From positions 9,944,291 through 10,008,290 of the forward strand of contig CM119271.1 of assembly GCA_051294375.1 (NCBI GenBank): a stretch of 64,000 nt of DNA. Reading direction: 5' to 3'. Of the stretch, positions 11,423 through 23,822 are shown piece by piece. Position 1 is the stretch's first letter. Every line of letters begins with the position of its first letter. Source of the DNA: Paraspadella gotoi (lineage: Eukaryota; Animalia; Chaetognatha). Position numbers and translations under genes: made by a program. The notes below the pieces were generated by a model. It was not told where the DNA came from and made no database searches. It saw only the letters and a program-made list of their open reading frames with translations.

Positions 11423-14305
11423 ATTGCAGAAGATCTAGAAACTCAAAAGATGAATCAAGAGAAACCGAATACAATCGAATCATAGACTCGGGAAGAAATC
11501 ACCGAAAATGGAATCAAGCTCTCTGATTGGTCAAGAGCCAGATGGAACCGGCCAATAGGCGGACGGGGTTCCATCTGCCTGGAAATTCTACCCACGTCGT
11601 TGATCACTTGCTCTGTATAAATTGCATTGGTTTTTGTACTTGATAATTCTGTCCAAAAATTGACACCGTCTTTTTGTACTATTTTCTCTCAATAAAATCC
11701 ACTTTGGTTTCATGTCTTCTTACTTAAATGTGGTGGCAGCGGTGGGATTCAAACCCACCTATAATATAAGCTATATCTATTTATTCATTTATCAATTCAT
11801 AATTCCCACACTCACGTTCTAAAACGAACGCCTCCGCGATATTTTCCAAAGTCGCGTTGGAATCGATTTCTTCCTCCTCCTCCGGTTCCTCCTCCTCTTC
11901 TTCCTTTCACTCCTCCTCTGCCTCCCCCCTCCTCCTCAACCTCCTCGCCTCCGCAGGCGCCCAACTCTTCCTGGAGGATTTCTTCAGGGTTTTCTGAATT
12001 TTGATGAAATTAATTGAAATTAATTCAGGTTTTTTTTAAAATCACGATAAATACGAAAAATAGAATGCAGATTGATTTCCTTTGCCTTTCGAACCGGCGT
12101 TTTAGGCCTATTTTGAACCTGTTCTAAGATATACTAGTTTCAGTTACATACGTCTGTCTGACTGTCTGTCTTCCTTTTTGTCCGTCAGTCTATCTGTCTA
12201 TGTGTCTCTATTGTTTGTTACTGTTACTGAGAAACGAGACCGAATAGACCTTCCTCGAAAAAAAAAAAAAAGAAGCCCCTCCCTCTTCTTCAAGGCCACG
12301 CCAACCTTCCACCGGGTCGTCATGGCAACACGAGGGACACTGACACCAAAACCCGTAGTTGGTCATCAACTCTTTCCGTCTCTTTCGGGCGCTTCGAGTG
12401 CTGAGGACCGTCGGACCGTAGCTGATGAAAATCTGGAGGATGACGAGGAATTTATTTAATCGACTGATTGATTGATTAAATGATTGATTGATTGATTTTG
12501 TCATAGATGGTTTTTTTTTTTATTTATTGACCCATTTGTGGCACCCGTAGATCAATCTATGTATTTATTGATTGGTAAACTTTCAAATCAATATTTGGAA
12601 TTAAAATTCTACTATTTATTATGTAATTTCATAATATGGAAACTACAAAACCGCCCCGGCGCGACTACTATATTACAGCTTTAGCGCTTGAAACTGGTTC
12701 GTCAAGCTTCGAACACGAAAACGCTTATCTAAAAAGACTATCCTGTATCTACTATATAATATATAGTATATATATATTATATATAATATATACTATATAT
12801 CGACCTCGAGACGGACGGACCGACCGAAAAGTGACTCAATAAAACCTGTTGTCCTTCTTCGATTTTCTGATTCGCTTTGACGACGATTCGATCGTCTTGA
12901 AAGAAAAAATTCGCGTTTGGTCGACAGGAATGGTTGAGCTGAAACGATGAAGATCAAAAAATATATTACGATTCGGATTTTTAATTAAATCATTAAGAGA
13001 TATCTCGTATTTTAGATTAATTTTGAATGGCCGGGTATTAAAATGACTTTCGTGATACACTTTAAATGAAAAAATCCCGTTTCTGTATTCGATATTGCAG
13101 TTTTTGGTAATGTTTTCAAATCTGGGATTTTCGTTAAAGTATGAGTTGAAGTTCCGCAATACTTTTAATCGATTTTTTTTTTAAGTTCATTTGTAATGAT
13201 AATCAGAATTAAAAGGAAACAACTCTAATTTTAACGGGTCTAATACTACATTTTTGAATATTAAACTCGGATCCCACATCGTACTTGACTGGTGGACGTG
13301 TAGATGGCTGCACCGACGCGACGATAATCTACGACGGAGTAAAGTTTTTCATCGGGGGAAATGGCTGAAAATGGATGGAGAGAGGGATATATGGATAGAT
13401 GGAAAAAAAAATATCAATAAGCTTTACTTGTATGTCTCTCTCTCTCTCTCTTTTTCTCTCACGCGTATTCTCTCTCTTTGTCAATCTCTCTCTCTGTCAA
13501 ATTTTTTTTTATATTCCACGAAAGCATTTCGCACTGAAAAGGCTCGTAATTATAATAATAATAATTATGTTTTAAAAAAATCGTTGTTGGTAAACAAATA
13601 AAATAATGTTTGTCTCTTAATGAATAATAAATTTTCTTAATATCTCCTAAGCAAAATAAAATAATATTAGTTTGACAATTTACCTTGCCTTACTGCATAT
13701 CTGTAGAATATTTGCGGCCGGAAGCCCCTAACGCTAACACGGTCCAACTGGTGACATGCCCCACACAGCTGGGTATCACAGGTAATCAGGCCGTTGCTAT
13801 AATCTGTTATAGACAAATTCATCCAAAACCTAAACTAAGATACGGAATGCCCTTCCCTAAAAACTCTCATTTGCCTATTTACATCTCCCTCGATAGCTCA
13901 GTTGGTAGAGCGGAGGACTGTAGTAGGAAAAGTTCAGATATCCTTAGGTCGCTGGTTCGAATCCGGCTCGAGGGAATACTTTTGTTTTTCCCTCTTAACA
14001 ATCTATTAATATAATTATATTTTTATTATTTTTTTTTCATTCTTCCTCACCCTCTTTCTCTTTGACTTGATACTCGTGAATCTCGAACGAATTAAATTTA
14101 ATCTTGTGAATGTTCACGAAGACGACGCAGGCGAGGAAATCGTGAAGATGATCGTCCAGCAGCGTCTCGCAGCCGCGGAATTCCTCCGCCGCCATCTCCC
14201 GCGCCCGACGCCGCAGCAGCGCCACGATGCCCGACTGCTGGGCCATCTCCAGCACCAGCTTGCTGGCGATGGCGTGTTGATAGCAATGCCGGCCGGGGAC
14301 CACCT

Positions 14306-14400
<95 letters not shown>

Positions 14401-15719
14401 CTTCAATCTTTATTATAAGCACTTAGACATTTTAACAAGACACTGTTGTACGTATTTACTAAGGCGGAACAGGTTTCAAACTAACAAAATTCCGGTATAA
14501 CTAACTAAAATCTACCAACCGTTCTAGCACGGTGGTCGCCTACCAGTTAAGAGGGACAGGGCGCTTAATCCGCCTGTAACACGGTGTTACAGTCTGATCC
14601 TAAGCTCAGGGACTGCTTATATTGAACGGTTCTGTCACTAACACATAACAATAATTACTGTCTCTTAATTATTGTTTATGAAATTGGTACAACCAATATA
14701 AAAATTATCCATTCATTTAATAAATAAGCTATCTTGCCCCTGAATTTTATGTGTTTATGTGTTTATGTGTTTATGTGTTTATTACTATTTGCGCCTCGAT
14801 CCCTACCGTATTTACCAACTAACTCCATCCTCTATCCCAAGAACATTTATCAAGCATTCAAAATCCCTCAACCAAGCACCTTCAAGTCGTAGCTGAGATT
14901 CTCTTCCGTCGGATGGAGGGTCGAAGTCTTCGTCGACTTCGGCTTCAAACCGTTGATGTAGAGAAAGTGATGGAGAATGTTGCTCCAGCCTGAAATGCAA
15001 GAAGAAGAGTGACTGTGTTTCGGAATACAAAGTAAACATTTTGATATCACGTAAATATTAAAAGCGTTGGATTGATTGTAAAAAAAAAGTTGTACCCTGG
15101 ATTAGTTGACGTACTAGACCTAAAAAATCATGCATGAAATAGTTTGAATTTTATAAAATAAAAAAAATAATGATAAATCTTAATTTTTTTTTTAAATTTT
15201 ACATTCGTCGACCGGGAATTTCCGCTTATGTTGAGTCACGATGTATAAAAATTGTATTACTAAAAAAAATAGTAAAAGTAATTACCCTAACCAGTAACCA
15301 CCCCGAACATTAACTCACCCTTAAGCCACCCTAACCCCCCCCCCACCCGAATGTAAAATTAAGCCAAATATTCTTAAAAAGCTGGAAAATTTTGAAGAAT
15401 TAAAAATTTTTAACCTAACATATTTTTTTTTCATATTCTATCTTCTTTTTACCTCGCAGCAGCATCCTCAATGACAATGGAATGATCTTGAGAGTGAAGA
15501 GACCTGAATGAGAGAACGAACCGAAAGATCATTCGTATTATAGGGAATTGCCAACATTAAAATAAATTGTGAATTTTAAGAGAGAGACTCAGTTTGTTTT
15601 TAACGCGCCTTTGATGAATGGACATTCGAATCGATGAAATTCTTCCGTCGCCGATCGTAAACATTGTTGCGAACAAAAGGCGGCGACGTCGCATCTGAAA
15701 CGGAATTTTCGGATTTATG

Positions 15720-15794
<75 letters not shown>

Positions 15795-18700
15795 GCGACG
15801 GATCGACCTTTACTCAATGAGCTCGTTATCACGGGACCCAAACTTAAAGTCCATCAACAACTCCTTTTAAATCAACGCCCATTTTTCAACACCTCAAACT
15901 TTCCTCGCGTCGACCATGTTTTCCGCCACAGCGATGACGACGATGTCGACGACCATCTGCGCCGGATCCGTCCTGCTACTCATCCTGCTCGTCTTCAAAC
16001 TCCTCCGCGTCAAACCCTTCGTCGCCCGTCCCATCCCGTCCGGCCCGCGGGGCAACTGGCTCCTCGGCAACGTCGGCATCGACCTGGAAGACCTCTGCAA
16101 AAAATTGTTCGCCTGGCGCAAAACCCACGGACCCGTCTTCAAGTTCCATCTGCTGCCTTTCAGTCGACCGCTGTTCGCCATCATCAACGACGTTGGACTG
16201 GCCAAGGAAATGTTGCAAGACCGGAAGTTTGCCGGTCGGCTCAATCCGGGTAACCCTTCGATAGTCTACCTCAACCCGAATGAAGAAGGCATCCTTTTCC
16301 AAGCTTGGTCGCCGATCTGGAAGGATCTCCAACGGTTCGTCCTTTCCACTCTCTCGGCCATGGGTTTCGGTCGATCCCGGATGGAGGATCGCGTGGTGGC
16401 AGAAGCCGACGCGCTCGTCGACGCCGTTCTGGCGACGAACGGCGCCCCTTTGGAGTTGGAGCCGCTCTTCCGCGTCGCCGTTTCTAACGTGATCACCGGC
16501 CTCGTTTTCGGTGAGCGGACGGAGATTGGCCAAGCCTCTCCCATCCACGATCGGATGAAGATCTTCGTGGAGGGATTCGTTTATCTCGTCGTTCATCCGA
16601 TCTACAACGTCTTTCCTTGGCTCGGGCGCCTCCTTCCAACGAACACCCTGACCGAAACCGTGGCGGCGCGAAATTTTGCATTGAAATACATCGACGACTC
16701 GCTGGAGCATCACCGGAAGACCCTCGATCCCGAGGAGCCGAGAGACTTCATCGATGCCATTTTGGTAGAGCGTTCGAAACGACCGGACGCGGATCACCTC
16801 TCCGACGGCAACGTGCGACAGACCATGCTCGATCTGTTCCTCGGCGGGACGGACACCACCTCGTACACCATGTCGTGGGTCTTCGCATGGCTGTTGCATC
16901 TACCGGACATCAGACTCAAGCTGTTGGATGAAATCCGCGCGGTCGTTGGTCCTGATGGAGCACCGACGCTGCAAGAGCTTCACCGCTTCAACTATGTTCA
17001 AGCCTTTTTGGACGAGGTGTGGAGGAGGTCCTGCGTCATCGACTTGGCGCCGCATCATCGACCCATCCAACCGGTCGTCAACTTAGCCGGGTACGACGTC
17101 CCCGACGATCTCTCCCTCGTCGTTAACATCTGGGGCATACATCATGATCCCGACCTTTTCGAAGAGCCGTTCCAGTTTCGCCCCGAGAGATTTCTCGACG
17201 CCTCCGGCCGCTACGTCAAAAACGAAAACGTGATTACATTCTCTCTCGGAACGCGGCGCTGCATCGGCGAGAAGCTGGCGCGGCTGGAGGCTTTCGTCTT
17301 TACCGTGCGGCTGCTGCAGCGGGTGGAGTTTCGATCGGTCGAAGGGCGGCTGCCTTACATGGAAGGGCGGAAGCCGGGCCCGCGTACGCCGGGAGATTAT
17401 TTGGTAACAGCGAAAGTCGCCGAGTGAACTGCGACACAATTCCGTGGCTCTCTTCGCATTTTACATCAAATTAATCAAATTTGGCAAATTCATTGGTTAC
17501 ATTTATAATGTATATTCTGTTGACTTTTTTTATAACCATATAAATTATACTTATGGGAATTCTAAAAAAAAAATTTTGAATGAGTATTGAGTAATCGTCA
17601 TATCATTTGCAGATGGTAATGCGCATAAAATGACACAAAGCTCATATTGGTTAAGTTGGGATGATCTGTTAATTGTCGAAAAGTGTCGTTTGTCAAGTGG
17701 TGCCCATTTTTAACGATATTCGTTTGGAATTACATAACAATACATAACGTTACATTACATAACATCGCAGCCGCAGAGGAATGAAATCGAAATCGGCTCG
17801 GCGACTCGAGAGAAATCCGCCGAGACACAAATGGCATCGACCCACGATAACGTCGCTTAGCTTCATTTACGGCATATTAATAATAATATTAATTATATTA
17901 TTAATAATATTATTATCGCTCTCATTGCAGCCTTCAGAACCGAAAATATAATCGGATCCGCGACTCGGGTAGAATTCGCCGAAGCCCGGATTCCGCTCTC
18001 TCATTGGACGAACCACCTATGGAATCGACCAATCACGAGAGGGGCTATCATTAGTCGTTAACTATTAAAAATAAAGAAATTTTTCTCCTCCTCCTTCCAC
18101 CGACCTGCCGCATTTGACGACGCTTTCCCCTCCACCATCGCCTCCGCCATCGCTCCTTATCCTCCTGTAACAATTGCTGCAATGGGACTCTCTCGCTTCC
18201 GCCCGCAGCATGGAGGCGAACGGCGTCTCCTCGACGACGACCTCGCCGGCTTCGACGGCCCGCTCCGCGACCACGCAGCGGCCCATGTCGCCGCGGCGCG
18301 TTGAGCCGAAGCCGGGAGAGCGCCGCGTGACGAGAGACTCGTAATCGACGCGAGGAGGCAGCGCAGCGGGACCGTTGGGGGACGCGGCGGTGGCAGCGGC
18401 TGCTGCGTTTCGCTTGGCCCACTCTTGAAACTGTTGGGTGACGATCTTCTTGAAAGGTCGCCAGTCCAGAACTTCGTCCACGAGATCGATCTAGGGTTAG
18501 GAGAGATAGATATCATAGATAGATAGAAAGATAAATAGATTGAGAGCTAGATATATATATATATATAGATTGTGAAATATACTTAAATGAATAAGGAGAT
18601 ACATACAGAATTACAGATAGATTACAGATAGATAAATACAGACACATACAGATAGATAAATAAATTGGATAAATAACCAAATTTTCTACATGTACGACAA

Positions 18701-18986
18701 AACTTCTCGTCAATTGAAATATGTCATCGCCCAAAAAGTCCCCCCCCAGGAAGGGCAGTTGGTTCCATGGGGATTACAGTTTTCTCTTTCCTCCAGTACT
18801 AACTTACTCGGCGGTCAAACTCACCCAGTCCTTAGGCGACCCGGTCGGCGCCAAACTGTCGATGTCGTATTGTTCCATCGCCTCGCCGACGGCGTTGTCG
18901 ATGAGTTTGAGCCAGTCCGATGACGACGACGCCGGCATACTCTCGACGGCGTCGTCCACGAAGTAGGCGTCGCCCGCGCGCTCCAT
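10695..18986 (-). CDS. SMYD4-like SET and MYND domain lysine methyltransferase (multi-exon; C-terminal exon phases unresolved)
   Basis: GRCVVAERAVEAGEVVVEETPF (SET-N); MYND HCSNC...KCGR|CDVAAFCSQQC...HRFEC (15609-15694); KFNSFEI (~14100); RVGAAIYTSTSQ (~13300); LNHSCRPN (~12930); ISYGP...YGFWCQCPSC post-SET (~12330-12430). Confidence 0.88.
11425..11758 (+). mobile_element. LTR relic followed by a tRNA-Leu primer-binding site (Gypsy-like)
   Basis: TG start, CCAAT (~11551), TATAAA (~11617) and AATAAA (~11691), then TGGTGGCAGCGGTGGGATTCAAACCCAC (11731-11758), the complement of a mature tRNA-Leu 3' end including CCA. The canonical CA LTR end is not intact. Confidence 0.6.
13887..13975 (+). tRNA. 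tRNA-Tyr(GTA) with 16-nt intron (13924-13939)
   Basis: CCCTCGATAGCTCAGTTGGTAGAGCGGAGGACTGTAG-[taggaaaagttcagat]-ATCCTTAGGTCGCTGGTTCGAATCCGGCTCGAGGGA; paired acceptor stem, A and B boxes, T-run terminator downstream. Confidence 0.97.
15916..17427 (+). CDS. Cytochrome P450, CYP2 clan, single exon, 503 aa
   Basis: N-terminal TM anchor, PSGPRG proline hinge, WKDLQR, I-helix GGTDTT, EVWR (ExxR), PERF, heme motif FSLGTRRCIG. Confidence 0.95.
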   Translation: MFSATAMTTMSTTICAGSVLLLILLVFKLLRVKPFVARPIPSGPRGNWLLGNVGIDLEDLCKKLFAWRKTHGPVFKFHLLPFSRPLFAIINDVGLAKEMLQDRKFAGRLNPGNPSIVYLNPNEEGILFQAWSPIWKDLQRFVLSTLSAMGFGRSRMEDRVVAEADALVDAVLATNGAPLELEPLFRVAVSNVITGLVFGERTEIGQASPIHDRMKIFVEGFVYLVVHPIYNVFPWLGRLLPTNTLTETVAARNFALKYIDDSLEHHRKTLDPEEPRDFIDAILVERSKRPDADHLSDGNVRQTMLDLFLGGTDTTSYTMSWVFAWLLHLPDIRLKLLDEIRAVVGPDGAPTLQELHRFNYVQAFLDEVWRRSCVIDLAPHHRPIQPVVNLAGYDVPDDLSLVVNIWGIHHDPDLFEEPFQFRPERFLDASGRYVKNENVITFSLGTRRCIGEKLARLEAFVFTVRLLQRVEFRSVEGRLPYMEGRKPGPRTPGDYLVTAKVAE

Positions 18987-20501
18987 CTTGGATGGCCCGA
19001 AAGGGGGGCACGGGATCGAAAAGGGATGCGCTTTTCGTCGAGTAGGATGAAAAATCCGCGCGATTTTTTGATGGAGTAGTGCGAGTGGTTGCTGTTGTTT
19101 CTCTTTTGCGGTGAACGAGATTCCGGGTAGTATTTTTTATCCGAAGAAAATTAGACCGAGCAGTCCCGGCATCGATCGAAAAACGAGGTAAACAAACCAC
19201 AACGACGACAACAAAAAAAAAAACTACAAACAACAATACCGTTGGAGGATTTCGATGTAAAAATAATATTCTCACAAATCGGTGAATTAAATCGTTCGAA
19301 TTAAATTGAACCCTAGTCGTTATTTTTTTTTTTTTTTTATGAAAGAAACAACAATCGAAAAAAATAAAACCGGGCCGTACACACGTTGTTCTCGCACGAA
19401 AAGGATCTACCAGGCTGGGTCATTTCTGCATCACGCCGATCATCGTCATCGTCGTCGTCGTCAACATCATCTAAATTTCATCTCGATCGATCTTGGATGT
19501 TCGATTCGCACACTGGAAGGGGGGGAGGAGGAAGAGGAGGAGGAAGGAAGGAGGTGCGCCGGCGGGGGGGGGGGTGAGAGAGATTGTGATTCGAAGCGAA
19601 AAAGTGATTCGAGATTAGAGAATCCCCCTTCTTCTCCCCCCCCCCCCGCGATGGAGAATTCTAGTTGGATTCATCCTAGACGCTGCTCTTCTAAATCCAA
19701 AGGGGCGAATCAACCAATCGGGAGGCGACAAAACGCGGACCAATCATAGTTTGATCGGTTGTGAGTTACGTGAAAACGTAACGCTATGGCTTTGAGCGGA
19801 TGCTTATGACAAATGGCAATACACTTGTATTTGTAATTACGATTTAGTCTATTAAAAATAATTTGGTACGAATTAAAAGAAAATTTTTGAAATTAATTAA
19901 TGATTCTATCGTTGTGTTTGTAAAACAAATATTTTTTTTTCTATATCAGATTTAGGCTTAGATTTAGATTAGATTAGATTAGATTAGATTAGATTAGATT
20001 TAGATTAGATTTAGATTTAGAGGAGCAGAAAATTTTATGGTTTTTGATAATTCCAAAAGAATGAAACAACTGCCACACTCACTATCTTTTTACGAAATTG
20101 AATTGCTTTGTTAAAGGATCGGGACAAAAACAATATTGACAATAATATTAAATCATTTATCAAATTTAAACCGCACTCACGGAAAGAATTAAAGTTACGC
20201 GAAAAAAATTTTTAGTTTGTGAACCAAATATTTTGAGGGATCCGAATTCTATTCGTTGAGACGTTTGACTTTAAAATCAACAGTGAATTAAAAGATGTGA
20301 GTTTGATCTCACGAAAAAAAATACAGTACCATTATAAATAGAAATCAATCAACAACGTCAATCAATCATCATCATCATCTATCATCATCATCATCATCAT
20401 CATCCCCTTAACCGACGCGCAAAATCGAGTGACGTGGCCCAAAACACGAAGTGAAGAAGTGAAACCTAAAAGGCTTTTAATCTCTCATGACTCTCTCTCT
20501 C

Positions 20502-20571
<70 letters not shown>

Positions 20572-20778
20572 GCTCTCTCTCTCCCAGAACTCGAGGGCTT
20601 ATCTGCGGAAGACTTGTTCTTTGAACAGCACTTCCAAAAAAAAAAACATTTAAAAAAAATAATCTTCCGTCTTGTATTTATAAAAAAAAAAACTTCATTC
20701 CGACCAAAAATTTAACTTCTGCTCGCTGTTATTTAAAAATATACATATATCATTATAACCAATTCTGAATTCTCAAAA

Positions 20779-21625
20779 ATGAGGATGAAGAATTTTAATT
20801 GGATTTCTGTTGTTGTTGTTGTCGTCGTCGTCGTCGTTGTTTCGCCGACTACGAGTTTTTTATTCGGAAAAGCGGAATCTCAACAAACTCAGGAAATGAA
20901 CGAATTGGTAAATTATATATTGTTTTTAATTTTAACATTTCTTTAAAATGAAATTGGTAAAATCAATATCAAGATTATCCATTCATTTAATAAATAAGCT
21001 TTGGACAGTATATGTATTACAACTTTGATGAGTTAAAGTTAAACTATATCAACCCAAAGTTGTATGTTTTGGTACAAATATTGATAATAAGTATAAAAAA
21101 ATATTTTGCGAGCTGAAACGTGATTTAAAATTTAAAAAAAAAGAAAAATCCTAAACAAGAAAAACCTTAGACCGACAGCAAAGAGAGAAGTTAATAGATA
21201 ACACTTGTTGAAAACTAGAAATGTATCCATAAGTCAAAAACACTACTAATTCGTAAACCAATGCTAGTTCGGAATACAATAGTGCAATACTTAAGGAAGT
21301 CATACTTGTGAGAGAGTCCTGCCATGTTATTGTCTTGTAACTGTCATGTAAAAGGGATGGAAGTCTGACACCACCATTGCCTGTCTAAAGTCGGTAGGCG
21401 AGATATTACAATGGTTGCACCAATTTAAAATATGTCTCTCTTTTTTCCGACTTAAGCCTCACCTTAAACCTCACCCGGACGATCCGCTCGAACTCGGCGC
21501 CGAAGGATTCGACGAAAAGGCTTTCTTGGGATCTGAGGCCAAAGTTCAACAGTTCAAAGGTCAATAGAAGCCATATTGTTGCTGTTGTTATAATTATTAA
21601 TTATTATTATTAATATTATTATTAA

Positions 21626-21715
<90 letters not shown>

Positions 21716-23785
21716 CATCATCATCATTGGTCCATGCACGACGTATGCACGTAAGAAGGTGAAAAAATCTGTACTTATTAATTCATTTAGCCATCTTAAT
21801 ATTTAATACTCGATTACTGACATTTAGCTTCTACTGAATAATTTAAAAGGAAAAAAAAATTATTGTGCAATGATATCCAATACAATTTGTCAAAATAAGG
21901 TGGACTAAATTCAATTTTCCTAACTTCTCACTGATATTCTCTCACGCCCTCCCCCATGCCCCCACCCATTCCCAACCCAACCCCGACCACCACTCTCTTT
22001 CACTCCCAACTTCCCCCCCCCCACCTGAAAAACAGAATTGCCCCGCGAAGAATCGATGAAGCGGCTCGCGAGTCTCGCCAAGAAAATCGACGCCGACGAC
22101 GACGGCTTCGTCTCCAAAGACGAGCTCACCAAGTGGCTCGTCCGTTCCATCAAGTAAGTCAAACGATGCCCAAACTGAAGTCGATTCTGATTCCATTTTT
22201 TGCTTGCTTATGTTTATAAACTTATTTATATATATGTAGAATCGTAGATTTAGTAAAATGATAATATAAGCTCATGAAATTGGTACTCCCCCCCCCAAAA
22301 AAAAAAAAAAATTATCCATTTCCTTTTTTCTTTTTTTTTCTTTTCTTTCTTTCCATCTTTTCTTTCGTACAGGCTATTTTGGGTTAAGCTTAACCTTAAG
22401 GCCTCCATCTCTCTTACAAGAATAATAACAAAGCCGGACCCCGCAAGCTTTCATTCAAGACTCTCCCTCTCTAATATATAGCTATATTATTAAAAATATT
22501 AAATATTAAATCTTGGCAGATCTTTGAAAGACGAAGAGGCGACGAAACGTTTTGCCGACCACGACTACGACGAAGACGGAAGCGTCAGTTGGGACGATCA
22601 TCTCTACAGGTAGACTCGACATGTCATTTATTTAATTATTTATCCAATTGTTTATTTATTTGTTTCTGTATTTATTTATTTATTTTATTTGTTAACGTAT
22701 TTATTTATTTGTTTCTGTATTTAATTATTTATGTGTTTCTTTATTAAGGTATTGGTTTATTAATTTATATATTTTTATGTATTTATTTTCTTAGTACTTA
22801 ATTTAATATTGTTTCTTTTCAGCATCTTTGGTTTCGTTCCGACGCCAGAGGAAATCGAAAAGGGCGTCCCTGGCGGAGAGGACTCGAAAGAGGATAGCGA
22901 GTGAGCTGGGGAAGGGATAGCGAGTTGAAAGAGGATAGCGAGTGAGTTTGGGGAAGGGATAGCGAGTTGAAAGAGGATAGCGAGTGAGTTTGGGGAAGGG
23001 ATAGCGAGTGAGTTGGGTAACGATAGCTAGTTGAAATAGGATAGCAAGTAAGTTGGGGAAGGAATAGCGAGTGAGTTGGGGAATGATAGCTAGTCGAAAT
23101 AGGATAGCCAGTGAGTTGGGAAAGAGATGGCGAGTGAGTTGTGGAACAATAGCTAGTTGAAATAGGATAGCAAGTGAGCTGGGGAAGGGATAGCGAGTCG
23201 AGAAAGGATAGCGAGTGAGTGAGTTGGGAAAGGGATAGCGAGTGAGTTGTGGAACGATAGCTGGTCGAAATAAGATAGCGAGTGAGCTGGGGAAGGGATA
23301 GCGAGTCGAGAAAGGATAGCGAGTGAGTGGGGGAATTAACAATTAGTCGGGAGATGATGGAGAGTTTTTAGACTCTTGTCTTGAGTGTGAGTTTGAGTAT
23401 AGTAGCGAGTCAAGATAAGATGGCGATTAGGATGAGAAAAAAAAATTACATCGGTGAGATTCTCACGCTTAGTACCACGTATCACTTCACCAATCAGCAT
23501 TCAGGTTTTTTCCCCGGCATAATTTTACTTTCGCCGACCGGGGTTAGGGGTGGTTTAGGGTTAAAAGTAGTTTAGGGATGACTTAAGGTTAGGGGTAGTT
23601 AGGGTTAAGAGGGTTTAGGGTTAGGGTAATTAGGTAATAATTTTTTTTTATTTTTTTTTTAAATGAATATTTTTAAATAGTTTTTTCAAAATAAGCCAAA
23701 ACCCCGGTCGGCGAAAGAAAAATTTTACCCTTTTCAGTTTTAACCCTCAAACCCTTTCTTTCTCTCTCTCTCTCTCTCTCTCCCT

Positions 23786-23822
<37 letters not shown>

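Noticed and set aside
21290-21425. GC-balanced intronic island with hairpins and ACA, a possible H/ACA snoRNA or ribozyme
   Set aside because: No clear H box or ribozyme topology; more likely a repeat fragment.
22803-23342. 179-aa repetitive ORF (TRYPFP...)
   Set aside because: Antisense translation of the intronic minisatellite.
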